Source: a virus
Length of the DNA stretch: 64,000 bases
IMG/VR virus record: IMGVR_UViG_3300032296_003821
Span: 30,995 to 94,994 of that record
Direction: 5' to 3' (one strand)
The translations under genes were made by a program, and so were the position numbers. The notes below the pieces were generated by a model, which was not told the origin of the DNA, searched no databases, and saw only the letters and a program-made list of their open reading frames with translations. Positions 18,083 to 27,989 of the stretch are shown here, in pieces. Every line of letters starts with the position of its first letter. Within the stretch, counting starts at the first letter, position 1.

Positions 18083-18781
18083 ATGACAGATTTTAACAGA
18101 ACTCCTGAAGCGCAGGAAGTATTTAAAGCAAAAAGAAAACCAAAAGGTCCTATCAAGTTCAACATTCAATTGAATGAAGAACAAAAAACCGCTAAATCTA
18201 AAATTTTAACCAATACAGTAACCATATTACGTGGTAAAGCAGGTTCTGGTAAATCTTTATTAGCAGCTAACGTAGCACTTGATTTGTTATTTAGTCGTGA
18301 AATTGAAAAGATTATCATTACACGACCAACTGTAGTAGCAGGACAAGATATTGGTTTCCTACCAGGAGATGTTAATGAAAAATTAGCCCCATTTACTGCT
18401 CCAGTGTATGAAAATATGCACCGTTTATACAACAAAGATAAAATCGAAAAATGTATAGCAGATGGTGAAATTGAAATTGTACCTGTATCATTTATGCGAG
18501 GTAGAAACTTTACTGATTGTTTAGTTGTAGTAGATGAAGCACAAAATTTAACAGACAATCAAACAGAACTTTTATTAACTCGTATATGCTCAGGTAGTAA
18601 AATGATCTTTTGTGGTGATGGTGCTCAAATTGACTTGAAAGATAAGAAAACATCTGGGTTCGATGTTGTATGTAAACATATGAAAGAAGTACCTGGATTT
18701 GAGGTAGTTACATTAGAGAGAAATCACAGACATCCAATAGTAGATGATATTTTAGAGGTATACAAATCTTTCAGAGGATAG
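18083..18781 (+). CDS. phoH: PhoH-like ATPase
   Basis: GKAGSGKS; IIITRP; IGFLPG; FMRGRNF; VDEAQN; GDGAQIDL; RHPIV. Start moved to ATG 18083 because the track's 18017 start lies in the terminator region. Confidence 0.92.
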   Translation: MTDFNRTPEAQEVFKAKRKPKGPIKFNIQLNEEQKTAKSKILTNTVTILRGKAGSGKSLLAANVALDLLFSREIEKIIITRPTVVAGQDIGFLPGDVNEKLAPFTAPVYENMHRLYNKDKIEKCIADGEIEIVPVSFMRGRNFTDCLVVVDEAQNLTDNQTELLLTRICSGSKMIFCGDGAQIDLKDKKTSGFDVVCKHMKEVPGFEVVTLERNHRHPIVDDILEVYKSFRG

Positions 18782-18784
18782 CCA

Positions 18785-18796
18785 TATTTATAAATA
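18785..18796 (+). promoter_or_regulatory. Putative late promoter
   Basis: TATTTATAAATA upstream of ATG 18805. Confidence 0.6.
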
Positions 18797-18804
18797 AAAG
18801 ATAA

Positions 18805-19293
18805 ATGGCTAATCTATATGTAACCATTACGGAAGAAATCACTCTCCCTAATACCACTACAGAAAAAACAACCACATTTAAAACTATATCGAACATTAAT
18901 CAAATTGTTCGACGTGTAGATACCATTGCCACTACATTTAGTGGTTCAGGTATTGAAATTTTACGTTTTTGTGATAGTGAAGAAGAGCAAACAGGTGGTG
19001 CTTTTGTAAAATCAGATACACAGTATGTTAGAATTACCAATTTATCTACACAATATAATACTTTAATATATTTAATAGCTAATGATAACACTGAAAGTGC
19101 TATTTTTAGTTTAGATCCTGGAAAAACATTAATGTTAGGAGATGCTGATATTAATACTCCTTCAATTGGTGATTATGTAGTGGATGGATATGTAGATGAA
19201 ACTTATTATAGCCCATTAACCTATATCAGTTCAGTAAAAGCAAAAGCAATTTCAGGAAGTACACAATTAGAGTATTTTGTAGCATCAACTTAA
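18805..19293 (+). CDS. Putative virion (head decoration) protein
   Basis: Beta-rich, YVRITNL motif, follows the MCP region and a late motif. Confidence 0.45.
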   Translation: MANLYVTITEEITLPNTTTEKTTTFKTISNINQIVRRVDTIATTFSGSGIEILRFCDSEEEQTGGAFVKSDTQYVRITNLSTQYNTLIYLIANDNTESAIFSLDPGKTLMLGDADINTPSIGDYVVDGYVDETYYSPLTYISSVKAKAISGSTQLEYFVAST

Positions 19294-19305
19294 TATTTAT
19301 AAATA
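19294..19305 (+). promoter_or_regulatory. Putative late promoter
   Basis: TATTTATAAATA upstream of ATG 19313. Confidence 0.6.
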
Positions 19306-19312
19306 AAAGAAA

Positions 19313-19591
19313 ATGGCAAATTTAACATTAAGAGCAGTAAAAGGTTCTCCACTTACCAATGCCGAATTGGATGGTAACTTTGAATATTTTACTGGGTCAC
19401 ACGCGATAACAGGTTCATTAACAATAACTAATAATTTAACGGTAACAGGATCTACCTCACTTTCAGGTTCCCTCGCATTACCTCAATTATTAACTTTTGA
19501 ATGTGTTGATAATGCAACAGCAGCAGCTGCAGGTGTTCCTGTAGGTGGGTTATATAGAAATGGTAATATTATTCAAATAAGAACAGCTTAA
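19313..19591 (+). CDS. Short fibre/decoration protein
   Basis: TLRAVKGSPLTNAELDGNF N-terminus typical of phage fibre anchors; C-terminal AAAAGVPVGGLYR. Confidence 0.6.
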   Translation: MANLTLRAVKGSPLTNAELDGNFEYFTGSHAITGSLTITNNLTVTGSTSLSGSLALPQLLTFECVDNATAAAAGVPVGGLYRNGNIIQIRTA

Positions 19592-19610
19592 CCCTTTAAA
19601 ACTTTATAAA

Positions 19611-21581
19611 ATGCCATTCTTTTCAGGATCATTAAATCTCTCAGGATCAATTATAGCAACAGGTGTTATAACCAGTAATGGTTCACCTGTAGTTACTACT
19701 AGTAATACTAGCTCATTTGTAATTAATACCGGATCATTTGCAACCACCGGATCAAATACCTTTATAGGTAACCAAACTATAACAGGAAGTGTAACAAGCA
19801 CTAGTGGATTTGTAGGATCTCTTACAGGAACTGCAACTACAGCTTCCTATATCAACCCAACCTTTATTTCAGCATCTGCTGCTGCTTCTGGATTTGGTTC
19901 TAGTGGTGGGAGCGTAACTACAGGTTCAAATAATTTTGTAGGTACTCAAAGAATAACAGGTAGTGTTATAGTTACAGGGTCTCTTATCGTTTCTGGTTCA
20001 AATACATTTATTAATATAGGACCTGCTGAATTTACAGGAAGTGTTTCAAGTACAGGTGGATTTACAGGTTCACTACAGGGAACAGCAGCTACTGCTTCAT
20101 ATGTAGAAGTCGCTCAAACAGCATCTTATTTTAATGGAAATTCTATTAGTTCTTCATATGCATTAACCGCTCAAACCTTATTAGGAAGTGTTGTAAGTGC
20201 TTCTTATGCAGAATCATCTTCATATGTACCTTATGTTGATTACTCAGGCCAAACAGATACTATCTTTATGAGCACCTCAGGACTCGCTTCAGATAATTAT
20301 CCTGTAGTATTTTCAGCTAACGTAGGAAATAATTATACTAGTGTATATGGAGATGTTAATAATTTAAATTACAACCCTGTTTCTAACAATTTAAGTATAT
20401 CTGGTAGTCTTACCATTACAGGATCGTTATCCCAAGGCTCTAGAAACTCAACCTCAGGAATTTTTTCTCATGCTCAAGGATCTAGTTCTTTATCTTCTGG
20501 AGTAAGTTCTCATGCTGAAGGTTTTAGAACCACAGCTTCAGGTAACTATTCACATGCTGAAGGTCAACAAACAATTGCTCTTGGTTCAGTTTCCCATGCT
20601 GAAGGACAAATTACTTTATCAAGTGGTCAATATTCTCACGCTGAAGGATATAATACTACTTCATCAGGTTTTTACTCCCATGCCGAAGGGGAAAATACCC
20701 AAGCAACAGGTCAAGGTTCTCATGCTGAAGGATCTTATACTATTTCTTCAGGTGGTAATTCTCATGCCGAAGGAGGATTTACTGTTGCTTCAGGTACTAA
20801 TTCTCATGCTGAAGGAGCTTACACTACTGCATCAGGTATTTTTTCTCATGCTGAAGGAAGTTTCACTAAAGCATTAGGTTTTTATTCACATGCTGAAGGT
20901 GGTGATGGAATATCAAATGGTGGTATTGCTTTTGGTAATGGATCACATGCTGAAGGAAGACTTACAATAGCATCCGGTTCAAACTCACATGCCGAAGGTA
21001 GTTATTCAATATCTATAGGTTATGGATCTCATGCTGAAGGAGACACTACCATAGCATCAGGTTCCCACGCTCATACCGAAGGATTTAGCACTTCAGCTTC
21101 AGGTAATTTTTCCCATGCTGAAGGGGTTGGAACATTTTCCCTAGGAATGGGTTCCCATGCAGAAGGAAATTATACAACTTCATCAGGTTATGTATCTCAT
21201 GCTGAAGGAGAATATACTAAAGCATTAGGACAAGGTTCCCATGCTGAAGGAAATTATACCATTGCATTAGGAGATTGGTCTCATGCTGAAGGAAACCAAA
21301 CAATAGCTTCAGGATCTTATCAACTTGTAGTAGGACAATATAATAAACGTGGAGATTCAACTTCATTAATGATTGTAGGAAATGGTAATGGTGATAATGA
21401 TGTTAGCCGTAGAGACGCCTTTAAAGTAAGAATGTCTGGTTCAATCGTTCTACCAACTACACAGTCAGCTGCTCCATCTTGGACAGGTACCGATGGTGAA
21501 ATGGTATTTGCAACCGTAACAGGAAACTATTTATTCTATGTTTGGATGGGTGGTGCTTGGAGATCAGGCTCATTATCATAA
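19611..21581 (+). CDS. Fibre protein with 14-aa SHAEG (YadA-head-like) repeats
   Basis: S/T/G-rich N-terminal half; about 20 SHAEG repeats; VGQYN..IVGNG..RRDAF neck-like motif. Confidence 0.75.
   Translation: MPFFSGSLNLSGSIIATGVITSNGSPVVTTSNTSSFVINTGSFATTGSNTFIGNQTITGSVTSTSGFVGSLTGTATTASYINPTFISASAAASGFGSSGGSVTTGSNNFVGTQRITGSVIVTGSLIVSGSNTFINIGPAEFTGSVSSTGGFTGSLQGTAATASYVEVAQTASYFNGNSISSSYALTAQTLLGSVVSASYAESSSYVPYVDYSGQTDTIFMSTSGLASDNYPVVFSANVGNNYTSVYGDVNNLNYNPVSNNLSISGSLTITGSLSQGSRNSTSGIFSHAQGSSSLSSGVSSHAEGFRTTASGNYSHAEGQQTIALGSVSHAEGQITLSSGQYSHAEGYNTTSSGFYSHAEGENTQATGQGSHAEGSYTISSGGNSHAEGGFTVASGTNSHAEGAYTTASGIFSHAEGSFTKALGFYSHAEGGDGISNGGIAFGNGSHAEGRLTIASGSNSHAEGSYSISIGYGSHAEGDTTIASGSHAHTEGFSTSASGNFSHAEGVGTFSLGMGSHAEGNYTTSSGYVSHAEGEYTKALGQGSHAEGNYTIALGDWSHAEGNQTIASGSYQLVVGQYNKRGDSTSLMIVGNGNGDNDVSRRDAFKVRMSGSIVLPTTQSAAPSWTGTDGEMVFATVTGNYLFYVWMGGAWRSGSLS
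20467..21293 (+). repeat. About 20 tandem ~42-bp coding repeats (SHAEG)
   Basis: Recurrent tctcatgctgaagg with mostly 42-nt period. Confidence 0.9.
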
Positions 21582-21605
21582 CAAAAAACACAACATAATT
21601 AAAAT

Positions 21606-21630
21606 GGGCCTCTAAATGAGGCCCTTTTTT
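21606..21630 (+). terminator. Rho-independent terminator
   Basis: GGGCCTC-taaat-GAGGCCC followed by T6. Confidence 0.85.
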
Positions 21631-21635
21631 ATTCA

Positions 21636-21643
21636 TATTTATA
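21636..21643 (+). promoter_or_regulatory. Putative late promoter
   Basis: ATATTTATAA upstream of ATG 21657. Confidence 0.55.
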
Positions 21644-21656
21644 ACAAAATAGAAAC

Positions 21657-22805
21657 ATGAACATTCCAATTTGGCCAGGCTCAAGTTCATTTCAACCCGG
21701 AGATACTCCATTTGGGTTCTACGACTATGATCCACAATTCCAATCCGATGCTGATAAATTTGCAAAATTTGCTGCACAACGTTTGGGATATCCTTTAGTT
21801 GAAGTTGAATTACAAGATATAAACTTTTATACCGCACTTGAAGATGCTGTAACAACTTATGGAAATGAATTGTATGCTTACCAAGTAGCAGAAAACTTAT
21901 TATCTTTTCAAGGTGCTCCTACAACTATTGGTGCTGCTAATAATGAGGTTATTCAAGAAAATATGGCCTCCATTGTTCGCTTGTCTCAACAATATGGTGA
22001 AGAAGCAGGTGTTGGAGGTACAATAACATACCGATCTGGTTCAATTAAACTCCAATCAGGGGTTCAAGAATATGATATGAATAAATGGGCCCTTGATAAT
22101 GGAATCCAAGGTCGTATTGAAATTAAACGTATCTATTATGAAGCACCACCTGCAATCATGCGATATTTTGATCCATATGCTGGTACAGGTACAGGTATGA
22201 TGCAAATGCTTGATAGTTTTGGTTGGGGTTCATATTCACCAGCTATTAACTTTATGTTGATGCCAATCAACTATGACTTACAGAAAATTCAAGCAATTGA
22301 ATTTAACGATCAAATTCGTAAATCACAATATACATTTGAATTGGTAAACAATCAATTAAAAATATTCCCTATTCCGATTGTACACTACCAAGATTTATGG
22401 TTCCAATATATTTTAGAATCAGACAGAAACCAACCATATGCTGAACGAAATGGTCAAAGTTTAATTACTAATGCTTCTAATGTACCTTATGAAAACCCAG
22501 TTTATTCACAAATAAATTCAATTGGACGTTCATGGATATTTGAATATGCTTTAGCTTTAGCAAAAGAAATGCTAGGATATGTTCGTGGAAAATACCAAAC
22601 AGTCCCAATCCCAGGATCTGAAATTACATTAAACCAAAGTGATTTGATTACTGCTGCAACAAGTGAAAGAACAGCATTAATTGAACGTTTAAGAGCATAT
22701 TTTGACACTACTTCTCGTAAATCTTTATTAGCAAATAAAGAAGCAGAAGCCGCTAGTCAAAAGAATATATTAGCAGATGTTCCAATGACAATTTTTATAG
22801 GATAA
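21657..22805 (+). CDS. Neck/head-tail adaptor (T4 gp13-like)
   Basis: RLGYPLVEVEL; WIFEYALALAKEMLGYVRGKY..IPG..LN; ends PMTIFIG. Confidence 0.8.
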   Translation: MNIPIWPGSSSFQPGDTPFGFYDYDPQFQSDADKFAKFAAQRLGYPLVEVELQDINFYTALEDAVTTYGNELYAYQVAENLLSFQGAPTTIGAANNEVIQENMASIVRLSQQYGEEAGVGGTITYRSGSIKLQSGVQEYDMNKWALDNGIQGRIEIKRIYYEAPPAIMRYFDPYAGTGTGMMQMLDSFGWGSYSPAINFMLMPINYDLQKIQAIEFNDQIRKSQYTFELVNNQLKIFPIPIVHYQDLWFQYILESDRNQPYAERNGQSLITNASNVPYENPVYSQINSIGRSWIFEYALALAKEMLGYVRGKYQTVPIPGSEITLNQSDLITAATSERTALIERLRAYFDTTSRKSLLANKEAEAASQKNILADVPMTIFIG

Positions 22806-22806
22806 T

Positions 22807-23379
22807 ATGGCATTATTTGGCACTCAACGTGATGTTTCCTTATTCAGACACCTCAGCCGTGAGTTGATGTGGGATATTATTTCCCAACAATGTGCTTATT
22901 ATCAATTAATTGCTGACCAAACTAAAGTAAATATTTACGGTGAAGCAGCAGGTGCTAAATATTATAATGGTCCCGTTTTACTTAATGTTTTAATTGAAAG
23001 AGGAGACAATGCTTCTCCAGTAGATGATTTTGGTGTAAGCTTTGATCGTCCTATGACATTTAGATTTTTACGTGATGATTTACGTGGTAAAAATCCTGTT
23101 AACTCTGGTGGCGGTCCTGATATAGGTAATTATGATAATACATCTTATGGAGCAGATATATTGCCTGAAGTAGGAGATATAATTATGTGGAATGAATCAT
23201 ACTGGGAAGTTGATAATGTAAATGATAATCAATTATTTGTTGGAAAAGACCCAGCATACCCATATGCAGAAAATCCTATTAATCCTGGATTAGAAAACTA
23301 CGGTTCAAACTATTCAATTATTTGTACAGCACATTACGTACCTGCAGATAAAGTTCAGATTACAAGAGAAAGATTATAA
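22807..23379 (+). CDS. Head closure/neck protein (T4 gp14-like)
   Basis: Position after the gp13-like gene; NIYGE; PEVGDII.W...YWEV. Confidence 0.65.
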   Translation: MALFGTQRDVSLFRHLSRELMWDIISQQCAYYQLIADQTKVNIYGEAAGAKYYNGPVLLNVLIERGDNASPVDDFGVSFDRPMTFRFLRDDLRGKNPVNSGGGPDIGNYDNTSYGADILPEVGDIIMWNESYWEVDNVNDNQLFVGKDPAYPYAENPINPGLENYGSNYSIICTAHYVPADKVQITRERL

Positions 23380-23382
23380 AAT

Positions 23383-24648
23383 ATGCCATCAGTAAGAAAA
23401 CCTAATCCAAAATCTCAACAAGAGATATCAAATAATCAGGTAGATCCATATGTGTTTCCTGAAACGGGGGAATCTTATGGTAATCCTAATATTCCTTCTG
23501 ATTTTAGGCAATTTACTCCTGATCAACAAAGTGGAGTAGATTTTAATCGTTCCTATGAAATGTCATTTAAGGGAGATACTGTTAAACCTTTTACAGTAGG
23601 TCTTCAAGATATTGACGAATCTATAATGTACTATTTTCAAAACGTTATACGTCCATTTGTTTACCAGAATGGTGTACGAATTGAAGTACCTGTAATATAT
23701 GGTTCTCCTGAAAAATGGAAATCTGTACAAAAAGATGGATTTTATAAAGACAAAAATGGTGCTATAATGGCTCCACTAATTATGTTTAAAAGAGATACTG
23801 TTGATAAAAATCGTTCTCTTACAAATAAATTAGATGCTAATCACCCACATCTTTATACTTCTTGGGCTAAATCATATAACCCAAAAAATTCATATTCAAA
23901 TTTTAACGTATTAACAAACCGTATACCTGTTAAACAATTTATTACTAATGTAGTGCCTGATTACGTTAATTTAACGTATACATGTGCTATTCAAACGTAC
24001 TATGTTGAGCAGATGAATAAAATAATTGAAGCAATCAATTACGCATCTGATTCATATTGGGGTGATCCTGAGCGCTTTAAATTTAAGGCCTCTATTGATT
24101 CATATAGTACCGCGATTGAAATGTCTGATAATTCAAATCGCATTATAAAAGGCACTTTTACCATTAAATTGTTTGGTTATATCGTGCCTGATACAGTACA
24201 AAAAGATGTAACAGCAATTAAAAAATATAATAGTAAAGCCCAAGTAATTATTGGAATGGAAACGGTTGATAGTTTAGCAGAAGTTAAACCACCAATTAAA
24301 AAACTTTCTCCTATATTTATAGACGATCAACAACTTGTAGTAAATTATATAGACCCTACCGTGCTTAATTACATAAATACCAACATACAAAAATTAGGAA
24401 CATATGTAGACCCAATTACAGTAACATTTGCTAGTGGTTGGTTAACAGCCCCCTCAGGCCTTCCAGCAACATCATTAAATAATTTTTCTATATTTTGTAA
24501 TGGTGCATTGATAGAAAATGCAGCAATAGTTTCCTTTACCGTAAATGGTGCAAATAACTTAACAACTTTAGTAATTAATCCGAATGAACTAGGATATAGT
24601 TTTGATTCTCAAGACGAAGTTGTAGCAATTGGTAAATTTAATAGTTAA
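23383..24648 (+). CDS. Tail terminator/sheath stabiliser (T4 gp15-like) with C-terminal extension
   Basis: VPVIYGSPEKW; PLIMFKR; VPDYVNLTY...EQMNKIIE. Confidence 0.7.
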   Translation: MPSVRKPNPKSQQEISNNQVDPYVFPETGESYGNPNIPSDFRQFTPDQQSGVDFNRSYEMSFKGDTVKPFTVGLQDIDESIMYYFQNVIRPFVYQNGVRIEVPVIYGSPEKWKSVQKDGFYKDKNGAIMAPLIMFKRDTVDKNRSLTNKLDANHPHLYTSWAKSYNPKNSYSNFNVLTNRIPVKQFITNVVPDYVNLTYTCAIQTYYVEQMNKIIEAINYASDSYWGDPERFKFKASIDSYSTAIEMSDNSNRIIKGTFTIKLFGYIVPDTVQKDVTAIKKYNSKAQVIIGMETVDSLAEVKPPIKKLSPIFIDDQQLVVNYIDPTVLNYINTNIQKLGTYVDPITVTFASGWLTAPSGLPATSLNNFSIFCNGALIENAAIVSFTVNGANNLTTLVINPNELGYSFDSQDEVVAIGKFNS

Positions 24649-24664
24649 CGTAAAATAGTTTAAA

Positions 24665-24808
24665 ATGGCAAAAGCAAAAGCACAAGCATCAGTTTCATTT
24701 ATTAAAAAATCAAGAAAAAGAAGACCAGGCGTTCATGCAAAGTCTAAAACAAGTAAAAGTAAAAATAGTAAAAATTACGTTAAAAAATACGTAGCCCAAG
24801 GAAAATAA
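24665..24808 (+). CDS. Small highly basic protein (47 aa), absent from the ORF track
   Basis: MAKAKAQASVSFIKKSRKRRPGVHAKSKTSKSKNSKNYVKKYVAQGK*; fills the gap, stopping 1 nt before the next ATG. Confidence 0.75.
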   Translation: MAKAKAQASVSFIKKSRKRRPGVHAKSKTSKSKNSKNYVKKYVAQGK

Positions 24809-24809
24809 G

Positions 24810-26813
24810 ATGTCATTAATTAAACCGGAACAGTTACGATCAGGATCATATAATATAACGGGTTCGTTATTTGGTACTTCTTCCTTTGCTACAACTGCGT
24901 CATATGCTTTAAATGTAGCTAATATAGACACAGGAAGTTTACTTATAACTGCTTCCGCTACTAATGACACTATTACTTTTACTAAAGGAGATGGATCAAC
25001 ATTTCCTATAGTAATAGATAATGTTGCAAGTGCTTCATATGCTTTAACAGCATCATATGCTGTTTCTGCTTCATATGAAATTAACTATGAAGTTTCTTCA
25101 TCATATGCTGAAACCGCTTCATTTGCTATTACAGCATCTTATGCTTTAAATGCACTTTCAAGTTCATATTCATTAACTTCTTCATATGCTGCAACTGCTT
25201 CATATATTGATACTCTCTATAGTAGTAATTATACACAATCATTTACAAATCAATCTACTTGGACAGTAATTCATAATTTAGATACTCGTTATGTTATTGT
25301 ACAAGTATATGATACAGCATTTGATGAAGTAATCCCACAAAACATTGATTTAACAGATGACAATACTGTTACTATCACATTCCCTACCCCAGAAAGCGGA
25401 ACTGCAGTTGTAACTGTAGGAGGTGCTTTACAAAATTCAGGAGCTGTATCTTCTTCATATGCTTTAAATTCTACAAGTGCATCATTTACTTTAACAGCAT
25501 CATATATTAACCCAACCTTTATTTCAGCTTCAGCAGCTGCTGCTGGGTTCGGTTCTGGAGGTACTATTACTATTCCTGGTAGTAATACTCAAATATTATT
25601 TAACAGTGCAAGTGCATTAGGAGCATCATCTAATTTCATATTTGATTATACTCTTGGAAGTTTACAACAAGGTTTTAATAACCTTGCTTCAGGACAATAT
25701 TCACATGCTGAAGGACAATTAGCAACAGCATCTGCAGTGTATTCACATGCCGAAGGAGGTGTTACTAGAGCAACTAATTTTTATGCTCATGCTGAGGGAG
25801 CTGACACTACTGCTGCTGGAATAGCAGCTCATTCTGAAGGTAATTATACTTCAGCACAAGGAAATTATTCTCATGCTGAAGGAGTAAGTAATATATCCAC
25901 AGGGCTAGGCTCTCATGCTGAAGGTCAACAAACTACATCCCAAGGAAATTATTCTCATACCGAAGGATATAGCACTAGTACTCTCGCAATATATTCACAT
26001 GCTGAAGGATCAGGTACTACAACTCAAGGAGTAGGTTCTCATGCTGAAGGAAATTTAACTTATGCTAATGGCCCTTATTCACATGCTGAAGGTAATTCAA
26101 CAATAGCAACTGGAAATTATTCTCATGCTGAGGGGTTTAGAACTTTAGCTAGTGGTCAATATTCACATACTGAAGGATATTATACTACTGCTTCGGGAAA
26201 TGGAGCCCATACCGAAGGATACTATACAATAGCTTTAAATGAATTTTCCCATGCTGAAGGTAGATCTACAATAACCTCAGGACAATATTCTCATGCTGAA
26301 GGATATGGAACCATAACCTCTGCACTTTATCAACATACCCAAGGTACTTTTAATCTTACTAGTTCAATAACCGGAGCATTTATTCATGGTAATGGTGCTG
26401 ATGATTTGAATAGATCTAACTTAATATTTGCTGCAGGTAACCAAGTTCAAATTACTGGATCACTTGCAGTAACAGGATCACTAATTGTAACTGGATCTAC
26501 TCAAGGAAATGTAGCTGCTTTAACAATATCTTCAAATACTGCATCTGTAGATTTAACTAGAGCTAGTTTCTTTACAATCACACTTACTTCAGGTGTTACT
26601 ACACATATTAGTGCAAGTAATATTTTACCTGGTTCTACTAGCACAATACTAGTTACAACGGATGGAACTTCAAATGTATCTTTTCCATCAAACGTAAAAC
26701 AACCATCTGGTTCTTTTTATACTGCCTCTGCAGTATCTGCAAAAGATATATTGACATTTATATCATATGACTCAACAAATCTATATTTAGCAAGTGTTAA
26801 AAATTTAATATGA
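24810..26813 (+). CDS. Fibre protein with TASYA repeats and SHAEG repeats
   Basis: SAS/TAS-YA repeats; WTVIHNL..VQVYD module; about 16 SHAEG repeats; C-terminal DILTFISYD domain. Confidence 0.75.
   Translation: MSLIKPEQLRSGSYNITGSLFGTSSFATTASYALNVANIDTGSLLITASATNDTITFTKGDGSTFPIVIDNVASASYALTASYAVSASYEINYEVSSSYAETASFAITASYALNALSSSYSLTSSYAATASYIDTLYSSNYTQSFTNQSTWTVIHNLDTRYVIVQVYDTAFDEVIPQNIDLTDDNTVTITFPTPESGTAVVTVGGALQNSGAVSSSYALNSTSASFTLTASYINPTFISASAAAAGFGSGGTITIPGSNTQILFNSASALGASSNFIFDYTLGSLQQGFNNLASGQYSHAEGQLATASAVYSHAEGGVTRATNFYAHAEGADTTAAGIAAHSEGNYTSAQGNYSHAEGVSNISTGLGSHAEGQQTTSQGNYSHTEGYSTSTLAIYSHAEGSGTTTQGVGSHAEGNLTYANGPYSHAEGNSTIATGNYSHAEGFRTLASGQYSHTEGYYTTASGNGAHTEGYYTIALNEFSHAEGRSTITSGQYSHAEGYGTITSALYQHTQGTFNLTSSITGAFIHGNGADDLNRSNLIFAAGNQVQITGSLAVTGSLIVTGSTQGNVAALTISSNTASVDLTRASFFTITLTSGVTTHISASNILPGSTSTILVTTDGTSNVSFPSNVKQPSGSFYTASAVSAKDILTFISYDSTNLYLASVKNLI
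25701..26346 (+). repeat. About 16 tandem 42-bp coding repeats (SHAEG)
   Basis: Recurrent (t)cacatgctgaagg-like units. Confidence 0.9.
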
Positions 26814-26814
26814 T

Positions 26815-27666
26815 ATGTTTATTCCATTTGGTTTTTTTCAAAATTACTCACTAGCTTCTGCTATTACTTCTTCAATTACAGGTTCTCCTTGGCAACAAAT
26901 TGATACTATTGTTTCAACTTTACGAAGCAATGTTACCGATTTTAGAAATCCAAGATTTTTTGTTTATCGATTAGATGGTAATGCTTTCAATATTAATGAT
27001 GGTGGTAATGATATGTTTGATAGTGGAAATAGCACTATTCCTTGGCTCCGTTCCAATACAGTATACTGGAACCCAGGATCAGCAACTTATACTGCTTCAC
27101 CGGCAATGTCATATGCATTACAAACTAGTTCATTAACTGATACAAATTTATATTATGCCTCAATTGGGTATACCCAATCAGCAGGAACATTCCCAGCAGC
27201 ACAAAGCGCAATATACCATCCGTTAACAATGATTAGTGCTCGTAGTGGTTCAGGACCAATTGGATGGCAAAAAACAGGAAATATTGGAGCTGATGGGGCC
27301 GGAAGTATTTTAACAGGAAGTATATATACTGGTTCTGTAGTAAATGGATTTACAACATATGCTTACTTTAGGCAAACATATGGTCAAGCATCTGATCCAA
27401 ACATATGTGATGTTTATATGTTATTTGGACATCCAAACTGGGATTCTAATTTTGGAACTGTTGTTTGGTCTGCAAGTTTAAGTACTCAAGGACAGGGAGC
27501 TACATTATATGCTACAGGATCTGCTTCTAATTTATTAGCAGTAACTACTCTATTAAGTCAAACAGGTAGTACTCCATCTGGTGCTAGTTTACCAATTAGT
27601 GCTAGTGATATTGCTACAGTCGTAGATAATTTTGCATTACGAATTAAACAATCACTATCTTATTAA
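26815..27666 (+). CDS. Putative virion fibre-associated protein
   Basis: S/T/G-rich; MFIPFGF start; within the fibre cluster. Confidence 0.5.
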   Translation: MFIPFGFFQNYSLASAITSSITGSPWQQIDTIVSTLRSNVTDFRNPRFFVYRLDGNAFNINDGGNDMFDSGNSTIPWLRSNTVYWNPGSATYTASPAMSYALQTSSLTDTNLYYASIGYTQSAGTFPAAQSAIYHPLTMISARSGSGPIGWQKTGNIGADGAGSILTGSIYTGSVVNGFTTYAYFRQTYGQASDPNICDVYMLFGHPNWDSNFGTVVWSASLSTQGQGATLYATGSASNLLAVTTLLSQTGSTPSGASLPISASDIATVVDNFALRIKQSLSY

Positions 27667-27673
27667 CCCATAA

Positions 27674-27681
27674 TATTTATA
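27674..27681 (+). promoter_or_regulatory. Putative late promoter
   Basis: ATATTTATAA upstream of ATG 27695. Confidence 0.55.
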
Positions 27682-27694
27682 ACAAAATAAATTA

Positions 27695-27946
27695 ATGAGA
27701 TTATTTTCCCCTGTCATAACCGGATCTTTAGATGTTACAGGCTCAGCATCTATAACTGGTTCTTTATTCGTAAAGAGTGATTCTAATGATATTTTTCTCA
27801 TTAAAAATTCAAATAATACTCCTGTTTTAACAGTATCCCAAAGTGGAGTAGTAATTTTTTCTACCCAATCTCAGGAGCTTGCAGGTCCTGCTCCAAATGG
27901 CGGGATTTATTTTACTTCTGCATCATTTTTTGTTGGTCTCGATTAA
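27695..27946 (+). CDS. Short fibre-like structural protein
   Basis: ITGSLDVTGSASITGSL repeats; GGIYFTSASFFVG end. Confidence 0.55.
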   Translation: MRLFSPVITGSLDVTGSASITGSLFVKSDSNDIFLIKNSNNTPVLTVSQSGVVIFSTQSQELAGPAPNGGIYFTSASFFVGLD

Positions 27947-27989
27947 GGGTAACATATGTATAATAAAACAATTTAAATAAGAAAACAAT

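Noticed and set aside
20467-26346. Regularly spaced tctcatgctgaagg repeats with variable spacers, resembling a CRISPR array
   Set aside because: The period is 42 nt and in frame, repeats vary at synonymous positions and encode SHAEG; no cas genes.
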